Shown: piece after piece, positions 29,190-38,900 of the stretch
How the letters are laid out: each line of letters begins with the position of its first letter
How positions within the stretch are numbered: position 1 is the first letter of the stretch
Origin: Moorena sp. SIO3H5
GTDB lineage: Bacteria > Cyanobacteriota > Cyanobacteriia > Cyanobacteriales > Coleofasciculaceae
Assembly (NCBI RefSeq): GCF_010692395.1
Contig: NZ_JAAHHS010000023.1
Span: 721 to 41,760, forward strand
Direction: 5' to 3'
DNA length: 41,040 nucleotides
Program-made: the position numbers and the translations under genes
The notes under the pieces: generated by a model
What the model saw: the letters and a program-made list of their open reading frames with translations, nothing else
Database searches by the model: none
What the model was told of the DNA's origin: nothing

Positions 29190-30618
29190 TAGGTAAATTA
29201 AATCTATATAAATGCCAGTAATGGTGTCTATTATAGAGGCTATAACAACGACCCCAATGAGCTTCTGCTAAATTTGAGTTGCTTGCGATCGCTTTTTCGT
29301 AAGTCATCAGTGCTTGCTGGTATTTTTCTGCTTGCCGCAAGCTATCCCCTTGGCTGTTTAATTCTATTGCAGTTGGTTGTGTTTCCGGGTCGGATGGCGA
29401 TTTCGCAGCTGATTCGGTATCCGATTCGGGAATAGTTTTTTGGACTGAGCTGGTAGTAGTACTTTCAGGGGTGTTGCTAACTACGGCTGGGGTTGCAGGT
29501 TTTGACTCAGAGCTGGTGGTCGAACTTTCGGCAACGGTATCGCTAATGTTATCAGTAATGTTGTCAGTTTGAGTGACAGGTTTGGGAACTAGAAAAGTCT
29601 TAGTAGCGATCACAGAAATACCGATACCCATCCCTGCTAAGACAGTAATCATCAACCAAGGCTTCATTAACCATCTTCGGATGATCTCTGATCTGGCCTG
29701 GGTTTGTGCTGATGTTGCTGAAAAAGAAACAGTCTCTTCCGGAACTGTAGCAGACATAGCTATTGTTGGTGCAGCAGTTAGCCTCTGAACTGCTGCCAAC
29801 GCTTCTACTGCCGTCGGGTAGCGGTCACGGAAATCATAGCGCACCATACAGTCGAGGATATCCGCTAATTCTGAGTTAACTTGGGTGTTAAGTTGGATGC
29901 GATTGCGCCAGTTGATTTCCCCTGTTTCGGAGTTTTCTTTTAGTAACTTGGGATGAATTCCGGTTAATGCCTGGATACCTACCATCCCCACCGCATAGAT
30001 ATCGCTGCTAAAACGGGGATTGCCACCGAACTGTTCTTTGGGGGTGTAGCCATAACTGCCAATCGCAATGGTTTTGGTTTGCCCCGTTTCGGGATCGATA
30101 ATCTGGGTGCTAGCTTGCTTAACTGCCCCAAAGTCAATCATGACTATTCTATTATCCTTGCGGCGGCGAATCAGGTTTGGGGGTTTGATATCACGATGGA
30201 TCACACGTTGCTCATGGACAAATACTAGGACTTGTAGGATGTCTTGCAACAGAGCAATCACTCGATTTGATTCCCAAGGCTGACTGATTTCTTGGTTGAG
30301 GGGTTGTCCATCAATAAATTCTTGGGCCAGATAAAACTCGTGATTTTCCTCAAAATGCGCCAGCAACTGGGGGATCTGATCGTGGGTACCCAGCTGGTAG
30401 AGGACTTGGGCTTCTCGCTCAAATAGGCCTTTGGAAATTTCCAAACACTCAGGATCCGTCACCTGAGGTTTGAGCTGTTTAATCACACATTGGGGAGTTC
30501 CTGGCAAGTGCAAGTCCTGTGCCAGAAACGTTTCACCAAAGCCACCTGCTCCCAGCTTGCTGATAATTTTGTAGCGACCGCCTAAGGGCTTTGCGGAATT
30601 TAGCAGTTCATTGTTCAT
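29176..30618 (-). CDS. Hanks-type Ser/Thr protein kinase with one TM helix, an S/T/P-rich linker and a truncated C-terminal TPR-like tail
   Basis: Kinase subdomains GxGxxG (LGAGGFGETF), VIK (CVIKQLKP), HRDIKPPNL, DFG (DFGAVK), GSYGYTPKE. TM helix LMITVLAGMGIGISVIA. The C-terminus ends after about 1.5 TPR helices. Confidence 0.85.
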   Translation of the reverse strand: MNNELLNSAKPLGGRYKIISKLGAGGFGETFLAQDLHLPGTPQCVIKQLKPQVTDPECLEISKGLFEREAQVLYQLGTHDQIPQLLAHFEENHEFYLAQEFIDGQPLNQEISQPWESNRVIALLQDILQVLVFVHEQRVIHRDIKPPNLIRRRKDNRIVMIDFGAVKQASTQIIDPETGQTKTIAIGSYGYTPKEQFGGNPRFSSDIYAVGMVGIQALTGIHPKLLKENSETGEINWRNRIQLNTQVNSELADILDCMVRYDFRDRYPTAVEALAAVQRLTAAPTIAMSATVPEETVSFSATSAQTQARSEIIRRWLMKPWLMITVLAGMGIGISVIATKTFLVPKPVTQTDNITDNISDTVAESSTTSSESKPATPAVVSNTPESTTTSSVQKTIPESDTESAAKSPSDPETQPTAIELNSQGDSLRQAEKYQQALMTYEKAIASNSNLAEAHWGRCYSLYNRHHYWHLYRFNLPIVLS

Positions 30619-30692
30619 GGTTTAGCTTTGATTATACTCGCTATCCCAGAAGTCGCTACAGGTTTACAGGGTTCTATAAGCCGGAGTTTAAT

Positions 30693-31610
30693 TTAACTAT
30701 CAATTTTAACCGTAGACACCCAGTCTTTGTATTTCGGTTCCCGATTTTCGGTAATTGCTGCTAGCATTTCCTTTAGCTTTTCGGTTATTGGTCTGTTTTG
30801 AGATAAATGATAGTTTTCAATTCGTTTAACTGGGGTGATCTTTGCCGCTGTCCCACTCAGAAATACTTCATCCGCAATAAATAGTTCTGATTTATCCACT
30901 GGTCGTTGTATAGTTGGCAAGCCCATGTCTTTAGCAAGGGTCAGAATACTATCCCGAGTAATTCCTTCTAGGATATCCTGATCGAATCCAGGGGTAATTA
31001 GCTGCCCATTTCTGACTATAAAGATATTCATCCCAGAAGCTTCCGATACTTTCCCCTCAGAATTCATCAAAATTGCTTCATCAAAGCCAGACTCTACTGC
31101 TTCTGTTTTTGCCAAGGAAGAGGTAATATAAGCCCCACTAATTTTACCTCTCAAGGGTAAACTTTGGTCTTGTTGTCGATGCCATGAACTAATCCGACAG
31201 TTAACTCCCTTAGGAGATAAAAAATCACCTAATTCTAATCCATACACAAAAAAGTCTTTGTCAATCTTATGGAGTCTCGGGGAAATTCCTAAATCTGACG
31301 TGTAGACAAAAGGGCGGATATAAAACGGTGTAGTTGGTTTATTTTGTTTTATAAAATCAATGATAATAGTCTTGATTTTATCAGCAGGTAAATTGTAGTT
31401 TAATAACCGGGCACTATTACTTAGCCGTTGGCAATGGCGGTCTAACCGAAACAGTAAACATTGCTGTGGGTTTTTCGGGTCAGGGAGAGAGCGTAATCCG
31501 CCAAAAGCTCCAGTGCCGTAGTGTAAGGCATGGGTAGCAATGGAAATTTTGGCGTCAGCAAAAGGGACAAACTTGTTCTGAAAGTAAGCAATGGGCAAAA
31601 AATCAGGCAT
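30693..31610 (-). CDS. ilvE: Branched-chain amino acid aminotransferase (fold type IV PLP enzyme)
   Basis: 305 aa. N-terminal AYFQNKFVPFADAKISIATHALHYGTGAFGGLR and overall fold-type IV BCAT pattern. Confidence 0.85.
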   Translation of the reverse strand: MPDFLPIAYFQNKFVPFADAKISIATHALHYGTGAFGGLRSLPDPKNPQQCLLFRLDRHCQRLSNSARLLNYNLPADKIKTIIIDFIKQNKPTTPFYIRPFVYTSDLGISPRLHKIDKDFFVYGLELGDFLSPKGVNCRISSWHRQQDQSLPLRGKISGAYITSSLAKTEAVESGFDEAILMNSEGKVSEASGMNIFIVRNGQLITPGFDQDILEGITRDSILTLAKDMGLPTIQRPVDKSELFIADEVFLSGTAAKITPVKRIENYHLSQNRPITEKLKEMLAAITENREPKYKDWVSTVKIDS

Positions 31611-31897
31611 AGTTAAAATCAGTGCTTCAAGATTAATTTATCTCAGTTTAACGAGAGGCTGACAGCATGGTCTCCATGGCATAAGCGCCTTGTTGTCACC
31701 CCCTCAGGGGGAACTGGCTCCTACCCATGACCTACCCAAAACCCCACACCCGACACCCTATCTAATTTTCACTCTTGTTGTCAGCCCCTGAGCACCGCTG
31801 GCCATGGTTGACAATAAATTTTTCATGTGCTAAGCAAAACTCAGCACTGACCTACTCAGCACTGATCCACGATGTTCTAGTTAGCAGGAGTGAAATC

Positions 31898-32482
31898 TTG
31901 GCTGAACCTATTTATGTTCAATTGACCTGGGAAGACCCAGAAACCGGCGAGTTAAAGAAACCTGTTCTGAGACCGCCCATTGCTGTTGGTCGAGAAAAGG
32001 ACCATTTGCCAGAACAGTTAGCAGGTCAATCTGTGTCTCATCTGGTACTTCTTGACAAAGAAATTTCCCGCTATCACGCCCTGATCACAGTGGCTAATAC
32101 CCAACTCTATATTACTGACCGCAGCGCCAACGGCACATTTATTAACGGGCGACAGATTCGCTCTGGTATTCAACCTTTTTCAAGCAAGGACACCCTGCGG
32201 ATTGGTCCTTACAAGATTACAGCGACCTTGAAACGGGAAAATGACCTGAACGCCACTGCACAGAACTTTGACCAGACGAGTCTATTAGGTGAGAAAAGTG
32301 TCTCCAACTCTCTGCCCAAGAATAAACCTATGGTTTGGTTGATTGGCTTAGTGGTACTTTTAATAATGGGAGTCGGCACGTGGGTCGTGGTCAGCGGTCT
32401 GCTGGAAGGGTTAAAACCGGAGATGCAAGACGAGGACAACGATTCCTCTACACATCTAGAACGGTTAGTCGTCAACAGCTAG
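31898..32482 (+). CDS. FHA-domain protein with C-terminal TM helix. Start chosen at TTG 31898 (AGGAG SD 7 nt upstream). The track start at 31775 is also TTG, and there is no in-frame ATG.
   Basis: FHA core ...VSHLVLLDKEISRYHALITVANTQLYITDRSANGTFINGRQI... (conserved R, S-x-x-H, N-G-T). TM helix MVWLIGLVVLLIMGVGTWVVV. Confidence 0.65.
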   Translation: MAEPIYVQLTWEDPETGELKKPVLRPPIAVGREKDHLPEQLAGQSVSHLVLLDKEISRYHALITVANTQLYITDRSANGTFINGRQIRSGIQPFSSKDTLRIGPYKITATLKRENDLNATAQNFDQTSLLGEKSVSNSLPKNKPMVWLIGLVVLLIMGVGTWVVVSGLLEGLKPEMQDEDNDSSTHLERLVVNS

Positions 32483-32547
32483 TTAGCTCAATCTTAACCA
32501 TGAGATTCTAATGTTATCGAAAATAGAACCTAAATGGAACGTAACCT

Positions 32548-34572
32548 ATGGAATCTCTTCTGAATGTTCGATTTTCCATTAACCCTTTCCCAAGGGTTAG
32601 GTTTCAGCGTTCCTTGGGATTGGTTTTGCTAGGTGTACTTACCCTACTGCTCACCCTATTACCATGCTCTACCTTAGCACAGGAATCTTTGGCAAATGGC
32701 ACTAAGAAAGCTCCTGTGGTAGTGGATGGTATTGAATTATTTCAAGTGGGCAACGCTGGCAACTTTAGCGCTACTGAGCGAGCCAATCTGATCAATCAGC
32801 GCTTAGCAAGGGAGGTGAAATCCCCACAAAAACCTAAGTATGTGGACATTGAATATGTCGGGCAAAACGAGGGGATTCTTCGTACCAAGTTTACCGAGCG
32901 CATTCTGGTCACCATTACCAAGGCCGATCAAATTCCTGATACTGATCCTCTTGAGCAAGCCCAGAAATGGGAGAAGCTGATTGAAAGGGCAATCCGGCAG
33001 GGCAAACGACAGCGGATGCCAGATTATAGTCGTCAGGCAGTAAGGTTTACAGCCATAGTGCAGGTGTTGTTAATGCTGTTGTACTTGCTGTTACGCTTCT
33101 TCAGGCAATTTGCCTTGCGGAAACTGACCTCTTGGCTAGGGAATCCGGCTTCGCCTTTTTTCCCTTGGCATGACCCAGCCAAATTATTTCTGGGGGCAGC
33201 CCTGTTAGGTTTACAGCTTATCCTGTGGACTACAGCGATCTTAACCATTAGTGACCTATTTCCCCAAGTTCGCAGTTGGCGTTATGACCTGTTAAACTTC
33301 CTCAAGTCTCCTGTCATTGGTGCAGGAGAAAGCAAGTATTCTGCTATCCAAGTGCTGCTGTTGGTGGTATTAACCGTTGTGCTATGGTTTGTGGTTAGTG
33401 CCCTCACCAGGCTATTGAGGCGTTACGTCTTGGGCAAAAGTGGCGCTGATTCAGGGGTGCAAGAGGTTATTGCTATCCTGACCCAGTATGTCCTGACATT
33501 TTTGGGCATGATTATCATACTGCAAAGTTCTGGGTTGGATTTGAGTTCCCTAACCATTTTTGCCAGTGTCTTAGGGGTAGGAATTGGCTTCGGTGTGCAA
33601 AATATTGCTAACAACTTTATCAGTGGCTTAATTATCACCCTAGAGCGACCGATTCAACTGGGGGATTTTATTAAAGTCAACGATTTGGTGGGAACTGTGC
33701 AGCGCATTGGTTCCCGCAGTACAGAAATTTGCACCTTGGATAAAGTGACAATAATTGTGCCCAATGCCCGGTTTTTAGAAACTGAGGTGATTAACTGGAG
33801 TCACGGTAACCCGATTTCCCGGCTCAAGATTCCTGTAGGAGTGGCTTACGGATCTGATGTGGAGCAGGTCAAGAAGGCACTGTTGGCAGCTGCCAAGAGT
33901 CACCCGGAAGTGTTACTGAGGCCCTATCCCCAAGTTTGGTTTCAGGAATTTGGTGAGAGTTCCCTCAACTTTGAGCTGTTGGTCTGGACTGGAGACCCCA
34001 AGCGGCAGCCTAAAATCAAAAGTGACTTGAACTACCGGATTGAGAAAAGTCTGCGTCGCCATGATATCCATATACCATTTCCTCAACGGGACCTCCATGT
34101 GCGATCGCCTCAGTTAGAGAAATTGCTCACGGCTTGGCTGGGGGAGCGTCAGCCAAAACCGCCAGAAAACCAACTCTATATTCCTAATGGATATCAGTCT
34201 GAGCGGCCCACCCAAGATGCTTTAGTTTCAGGTTTCCTAGAGCCGATGGATGAAGTAGATCTAGATTCTTACCCTACGGCTCCTTTGCAAGAGGATATGG
34301 TAACACTAGACATTGAAACCTTGGTCGAGGAAATGCGTCAACCAGGAGGATTGGATATTAAAGACCGTCGCTATCGTCTCAATAGCTATGGATGCTGTTT
34401 TGTTGGCTCAGAAGCCGTAGATTGGTTGGTAAAACGGTGTAATTCTACTCGGGAAGACGCAGTAACTGTTGGACAGATACTAATTAATAGAGGTATTATT
34501 CATCATGTCGCAGATGATCATCCTTTCCGGGATGATTATTTGTTTTACCGTTTTTATTTAGATGAGAATTAA
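32548..34572 (+). CDS. MscS-family mechanosensitive channel with N-terminal signal peptide and periplasmic domain, and a C-terminal DEP domain
   Basis: MscS core (…ASVLGVGIGFGVQNIANNFISGLIITLERPIQLGDFIKVNDLVGTVQRIGSRSTEICTLDKVTIIVPNARF…). The C-terminus RRYRLNSYGCCFVGSEAVDWLVKRCNSTREDAVTVGQILINRGIIHHVADDHPFRDDYLFYRF matches the DEP (Dishevelled/EGL-10/Pleckstrin) consensus, including the terminal FKD..LFYRF. Confidence 0.8.
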   Translation: MESLLNVRFSINPFPRVRFQRSLGLVLLGVLTLLLTLLPCSTLAQESLANGTKKAPVVVDGIELFQVGNAGNFSATERANLINQRLAREVKSPQKPKYVDIEYVGQNEGILRTKFTERILVTITKADQIPDTDPLEQAQKWEKLIERAIRQGKRQRMPDYSRQAVRFTAIVQVLLMLLYLLLRFFRQFALRKLTSWLGNPASPFFPWHDPAKLFLGAALLGLQLILWTTAILTISDLFPQVRSWRYDLLNFLKSPVIGAGESKYSAIQVLLLVVLTVVLWFVVSALTRLLRRYVLGKSGADSGVQEVIAILTQYVLTFLGMIIILQSSGLDLSSLTIFASVLGVGIGFGVQNIANNFISGLIITLERPIQLGDFIKVNDLVGTVQRIGSRSTEICTLDKVTIIVPNARFLETEVINWSHGNPISRLKIPVGVAYGSDVEQVKKALLAAAKSHPEVLLRPYPQVWFQEFGESSLNFELLVWTGDPKRQPKIKSDLNYRIEKSLRRHDIHIPFPQRDLHVRSPQLEKLLTAWLGERQPKPPENQLYIPNGYQSERPTQDALVSGFLEPMDEVDLDSYPTAPLQEDMVTLDIETLVEEMRQPGGLDIKDRRYRLNSYGCCFVGSEAVDWLVKRCNSTREDAVTVGQILINRGIIHHVADDHPFRDDYLFYRFYLDEN

Positions 34573-34579
34573 TTTAAGT

Positions 34580-34745
34580 ATTCAGCTTAAGCGCTACGCG
34601 CACGCGTGCGCGTTCAGCTATTAGCTTATGCGCGCACTTATCACAGGCTAGAAGCCTGTGCCACGCAAACTACGGTAACAGGCAAAGGCCAACGGCTGAC
34701 CACTGACGGCTGACGGCTGACAGCTGACGGCTGACAGCTGAATAC
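34580..34745. repeat. CGCGTAGCG-family palindromic unit (GCGCTACGCGCACGCGTGCGCG) followed by a (GACGGCT/GACAGCT)x6 STRR
   Basis: Read directly. Confidence 0.8.
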
Positions 34746-34759
34746 TTAGATTAATTTCA

Positions 34760-35263
34760 TTAACATCCTAAAGAATCGCGAGTATCAACACCAGTTATAG
34801 TATTAGTACCAGAAGCTTTTTTGCATAGCTCCTGGTCTTGGTTATAATCCAAAATTACAAAGGTGAAGTCAGCGCCAGTAATATCTGCACCCTTAAATTT
34901 AGATTTCAATATCATTGCCTCTTCAAACACTGCATCGGTTAAGTCTGCTTCCTTGAAAGTAGATCCATTAATGAATGCAAAGGTAAAATCTGCTCCATGT
35001 AGGTTAGCATTCGTGAAATCAACTTTGGTAATGTTGGCACCTATAAACTTAGCCTTGCTCAAGTTGGCTGACTGTAAATTGACATTGCTAAAAACATTCT
35101 CACTAAAGTCTTCACCGGATTTATCCTGACCGCTTAGATCCTTGTTTTCATAGGTAGCGTTAATGGTGGCAGCGCTTTGGGCTTGGGCTGGCAGAGGCAA
35201 CACTAGAATAGTTAGTGCTAGTAGAAAGGCTGCCAGGTGTAAAAAGTACTTACCGTACTTCAT
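34760..35263 (-). CDS. Secreted pentapeptide-repeat protein
   Basis: Signal peptide (MKYGKYFLHLAAFLLALTILVLPLPAQA) followed by A(D/N)LxG/F pentapeptide repeats (NVNLQSANLSKAKFIGANITKVDFTNANLHGADFTFA..). Confidence 0.8.
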   Translation of the reverse strand: MKYGKYFLHLAAFLLALTILVLPLPAQAQSAATINATYENKDLSGQDKSGEDFSENVFSNVNLQSANLSKAKFIGANITKVDFTNANLHGADFTFAFINGSTFKEADLTDAVFEEAMILKSKFKGADITGADFTFVILDYNQDQELCKKASGTNTITGVDTRDSLGC

Positions 35264-35395
35264 GAATTGCTCTAATCCTCCTGTTGATTAAACGTTGCTG
35301 ACAAGGGTAACTATATCAATTTTTGTAGGAGTTGTGAATAGGGCACTATAGGGCAATTTTCAGCAAGGTTTGAGGGACATTGTTTATAGTTTTAA

Positions 35396-35445
35396 GGCAA
35401 TAGGCAATAGGCAATAGGCAATAGGCAATAGGCAATAGGCAATAG
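35396..35445. repeat. STRR (GGCAATA)x7
   Basis: Read directly. Confidence 0.9.
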
Positions 35446-35587
35446 CGATGCTTCAGAAAGTAGTATACTAAGATTACGTAATTTTTTTGGGAAGCGATTG
35501 ACCTTGGCCTAAAGGCCACGCTAGGCGAATGGTCACGCTACGCGATGCTCGGTAGGAGCCGCTACGGGAACGCAAAAAAATAGACTT
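35441..35587. repeat. Copy A of a ~150-bp direct repeat (AATAGCGATGCTTCAG..AGTAGTATACTAAGATTACG..GGGAAGCGATTGACC..GGCCTAAAGGCCACGCTA..GAATGGTCACGCTACGC..GATGCTCGGTAGGAGCCGCTACGGGAACGC..AGACTT)
   Basis: Aligns along its length, with small indels, to 39565-39742 in the same orientation. It also contains CGCGTAGCG-family motifs. Confidence 0.75.
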
Positions 35588-35595
35588 TACTGAGT

Positions 35596-35800
35596 AAAAA
35601 TACTTGTTTAATCAATAGGAGTAGAGTGGGCATCCTGCCCGCGCGGAAATAAGGAGGAAACTGGCAAGATGCCAGTTCCACGCAAGATGCCCGCGCGAAA
35701 ATAAGCATGAAACTGGCAAGATGCCAGTTCCACGCAAGATGCCAGTTCCACGCAAGATGCCAGTTCCAGGGCAAGATGCCCATTTTACAGGTGCGACCCA
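35596..35800. repeat. Array of 18-nt units (GCAAGATGCCAGTTCCAC)x4-5 with embedded hairpins (ACTGGCA-aga-TGCCAGT; GGGCATcc TGCCC) immediately 3' of the giant gene
   Basis: Read directly. Track ORFs 35562-35867 (-) and 35707-35982 (+) are artefacts of this array. Confidence 0.8.
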
Positions 35801-35940
35801 AGGGGGATTTACTCGCCCATGGGAAAGGGCACCTAAAAACTCTTAAAATCATTCCATTATTAAGCAACGCCTACTTTTTCAGTATCCTTGAACAACATAT
35901 TGTCAGTGAATTGCAAACCGCTGTATTTTGGTTTTATAAT

Positions 35941-38900
35941 TTACTCTTCAAACTCCTTAATTGTTTTCATGTATTTTTTTGATGCTCCTTCAGATAATTG
36001 AAGTCTTTGTTCTTTTTTAATGCGAAAATATTCATTATAAACTTCCTGACTTTCTTTCTGCTCAAGTAAATAATCATAAGGACCTTTACCAGACAAAAGT
36101 TTAACTAATATAGGTGAGATTTCAATAGTGACGAATAAGGCAGTTATTAGCCAATTAATATTACGAATATTCGGATCGTCTTTAGATAACTCTTCTAAAG
36201 CAACAAGACGAGCTAAGAAGCCATAGGATTTTTTGTCAATTTTTTCTTGATTCAGTTGTTCTAAGTTACTCTCTGGTGACTGCAAAATAAGATTACGTTC
36301 TTTAAGCTTATCTATTTTATCCTCTTTCTCCTTAACTTTATTATCTAATTCAATAAATTTTTGTTTGATCTCATCTGCATAGTTTCGTTTGTCTTGATAA
36401 ACAATTCCTTTTCCAAGTTGGCCTGTTCCCTGTGTACCTTCTGCTTCTGCATTAGCCGCATATTCTGCATTTTGCCATTCATTTTTGTACTTATTTTTTT
36501 CTATATTTAAGGCTTGAATTTCTTGCTCTAGGTCTTTTATTGGTTCGGTAAGTTCTTCTTTGGATAGTTCATTTTTATCTTGTTCTATTTTCTGGTTAAT
36601 TTCTTTTTCAAAGAGCCTCAACTCAAGGGGTTTAGCAACCACAAAGCTTAACAATAATGCTATTAACAATCGAAGACTTGTTGCTGCAATAAATGGCAAA
36701 TTTAAATTTAAGTCCGTTTCTTTTCTCTTAGAGCTTAAAATTAAAAAACGATCTAAGTTAAAAACTATAAAACTCCAAAACGTTCCTCCTAGACAAGAAG
36801 CTGCTACAGAACCAAATACTGTAAAAAGAGCATAACCACCGGAAAAAATAGCCGTTGTTGATGTTAGCAGAACCGTGGTACCAATTGCTGTATATTTATA
36901 TCGTTCTGTCAAACATTCTTTTTGTGCCAAAATGTGATGATCTGCACCAGCACACCATAGCAAAAATTTTTCTAGTGAATTTAAATTATCGTTAATTGTT
37001 GGAGTCTGTATTAGGTGTTGAAGTTCAGCTGGTAAGCCAATTTCGTTTATAAAAGTACCAACCCCTTCAACACCATAAGTATTCAGAGCACTTTTGATAT
37101 ATTCTGTAGCTCTTTCCTGAATTTGCTCCCGTTGTTGTAAGAAGTCTAAAGCATTATAGTCTTGAGCGGAATTACGGAAGTAATTACCAACCATCGATGC
37201 TAAGACCCTATTCACAAGGTTTTTAATAGAGCTATATTTAACCGCACCCTTAGACAAGGGGCTAAGAACTCCTCCTTCTTCCTCAACTTGCTGAAAACTA
37301 TGAGCATTTGGTGAACCCACACGAGAGATCATTTTAGGAGAATTGTTGGGAGCAATATTAATAACCTGGGTGACTTCAAGATTCAAAATAAAGCCATCTT
37401 TTGAGCGAAGCTTTAATGTGTTCAAATTAGAATCATAGTTGGTTGCTGGTTTATCTCTATTCGTCCAGTCCAAAGTTATTTCATGGGCAGGAACTATTAC
37501 TATATTTTTAACTCTTGTATTGATAGGATGTGTTCCCGCTTCTATTGGTATGTTTTGAATCCCTTTATACCCAATTGGAACGATATTAAACTGAGAACCA
37601 TAAGTATTTTGCTCTTGATTGGCGTGGCTATTCTTACCAACATTGGAGATTAAAACTCCAACTGTTCCAGTTTTAATATTAGTTAAAGGAACTTGTTCAA
37701 CTTCCACAAACCAAGGATTTAAACTCCAAAAACCTTCTTCGATAAATTCTTCTTGTAAACCTCGATAGCCACTTTTGTCAATAAACTCCTGTGGCTCCTG
37801 AAACTTATTATGTCCCTCAATAACTGGTCCTGCAATCTCCCCTCTTGGTAAGGGCTTACCATCAAAAGTAGTAACAATACCAATTTTACCTGATTCAACT
37901 CTGTAAACTTTTAATTGTTCTGGTTTCAGTCCATATTGCTTGGCATTGTCAGTAGTAACTACTGTAAATATTTCAGTGTTTATTCTATAGGAACCTTCAG
38001 TAAGAATTGTGCGCTGTTTACCTTGTTGACCACCGTTGTTGACAAAGGCTTCAGCATTCTGAAAATTATCGCAATCTACAGCTTTACCTAGTATTTGTCC
38101 TGGTGGTAGTTCAGCACCATCTTGAGCAATAACTAGCCCTATCTCCCCTGAGCGAATATTAATTACTGGGACATTATTAACTTTAAACAACTCTGTATTA
38201 ATGTAGTGAGTTCCAGGAGGAATAATTCCTAATTGGTTCCCTTGTTGACCGCCGTTTTTGATAAATGCTTCAGCGTCCTGAAAAGTGTCACATTCAACAA
38301 CTTTACCAAAGTTCTGACCAAGTGGAAGTGGCTGACCATCCCTTGCTTCCACTAACCCTACTTCATTAACTCCAATTTTGATAAGTTCAACTCTCTTAAT
38401 TTTGAAAAGTTCTGTATTAATTGCGTATTTGCCAGTAGTAATAATCTTTAACTGTTGTCCCCTATATCCCCCATTATCAATAAATGCTTGAGCGTCTTCA
38501 AAATTGTTGCATTCAACAGCATCACCAAAGGTTTTTCCAATCGGAAGTGGCTTGCCATCTTTCGCTTCTACTAAGCCAATTTCATAGTCATTAATATGAA
38601 TAATTTTCCTGATTTCAACAGAAAAAAGTTGAGTATTAATCCGATAAATACCATTTCTTAAAATGCCTAACTGCCTACCCCGTTGACCACCATTTTTGAT
38701 AAAAGCACGACCATCTTGAAAGTCATCACATTCTTCGATAACTTTCCCAAAAATTTTACCTGTGGCAAGAGAAGCACCATCGTTGGCGGTTACTAATCCA
38801 ATTTCATCTTTATCAATATGTATAGCCATTTGTTTAACAACTTTATAGCTCAAAGGAGAGTGGAAATGTCTTCCAGGACCAAGAGTATCAACCTGCCAAC

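Noticed and set aside
35596-35800. Possible CRISPR array
   Set aside because: Units are 18 nt with no intervening unique spacers. The same applies to the minisatellite at 40031-40254. Neither is CRISPR-like, and no cas genes are present.
35562-35982. Track ORFs 35562-35867 (-) and 35707-35982 (+)
   Set aside because: They are products of the 18-nt tandem hairpin array (repeated ARCQFH / WNWHLA peptides). There is no start context, and they overlap each other and the giant gene's 3' region.
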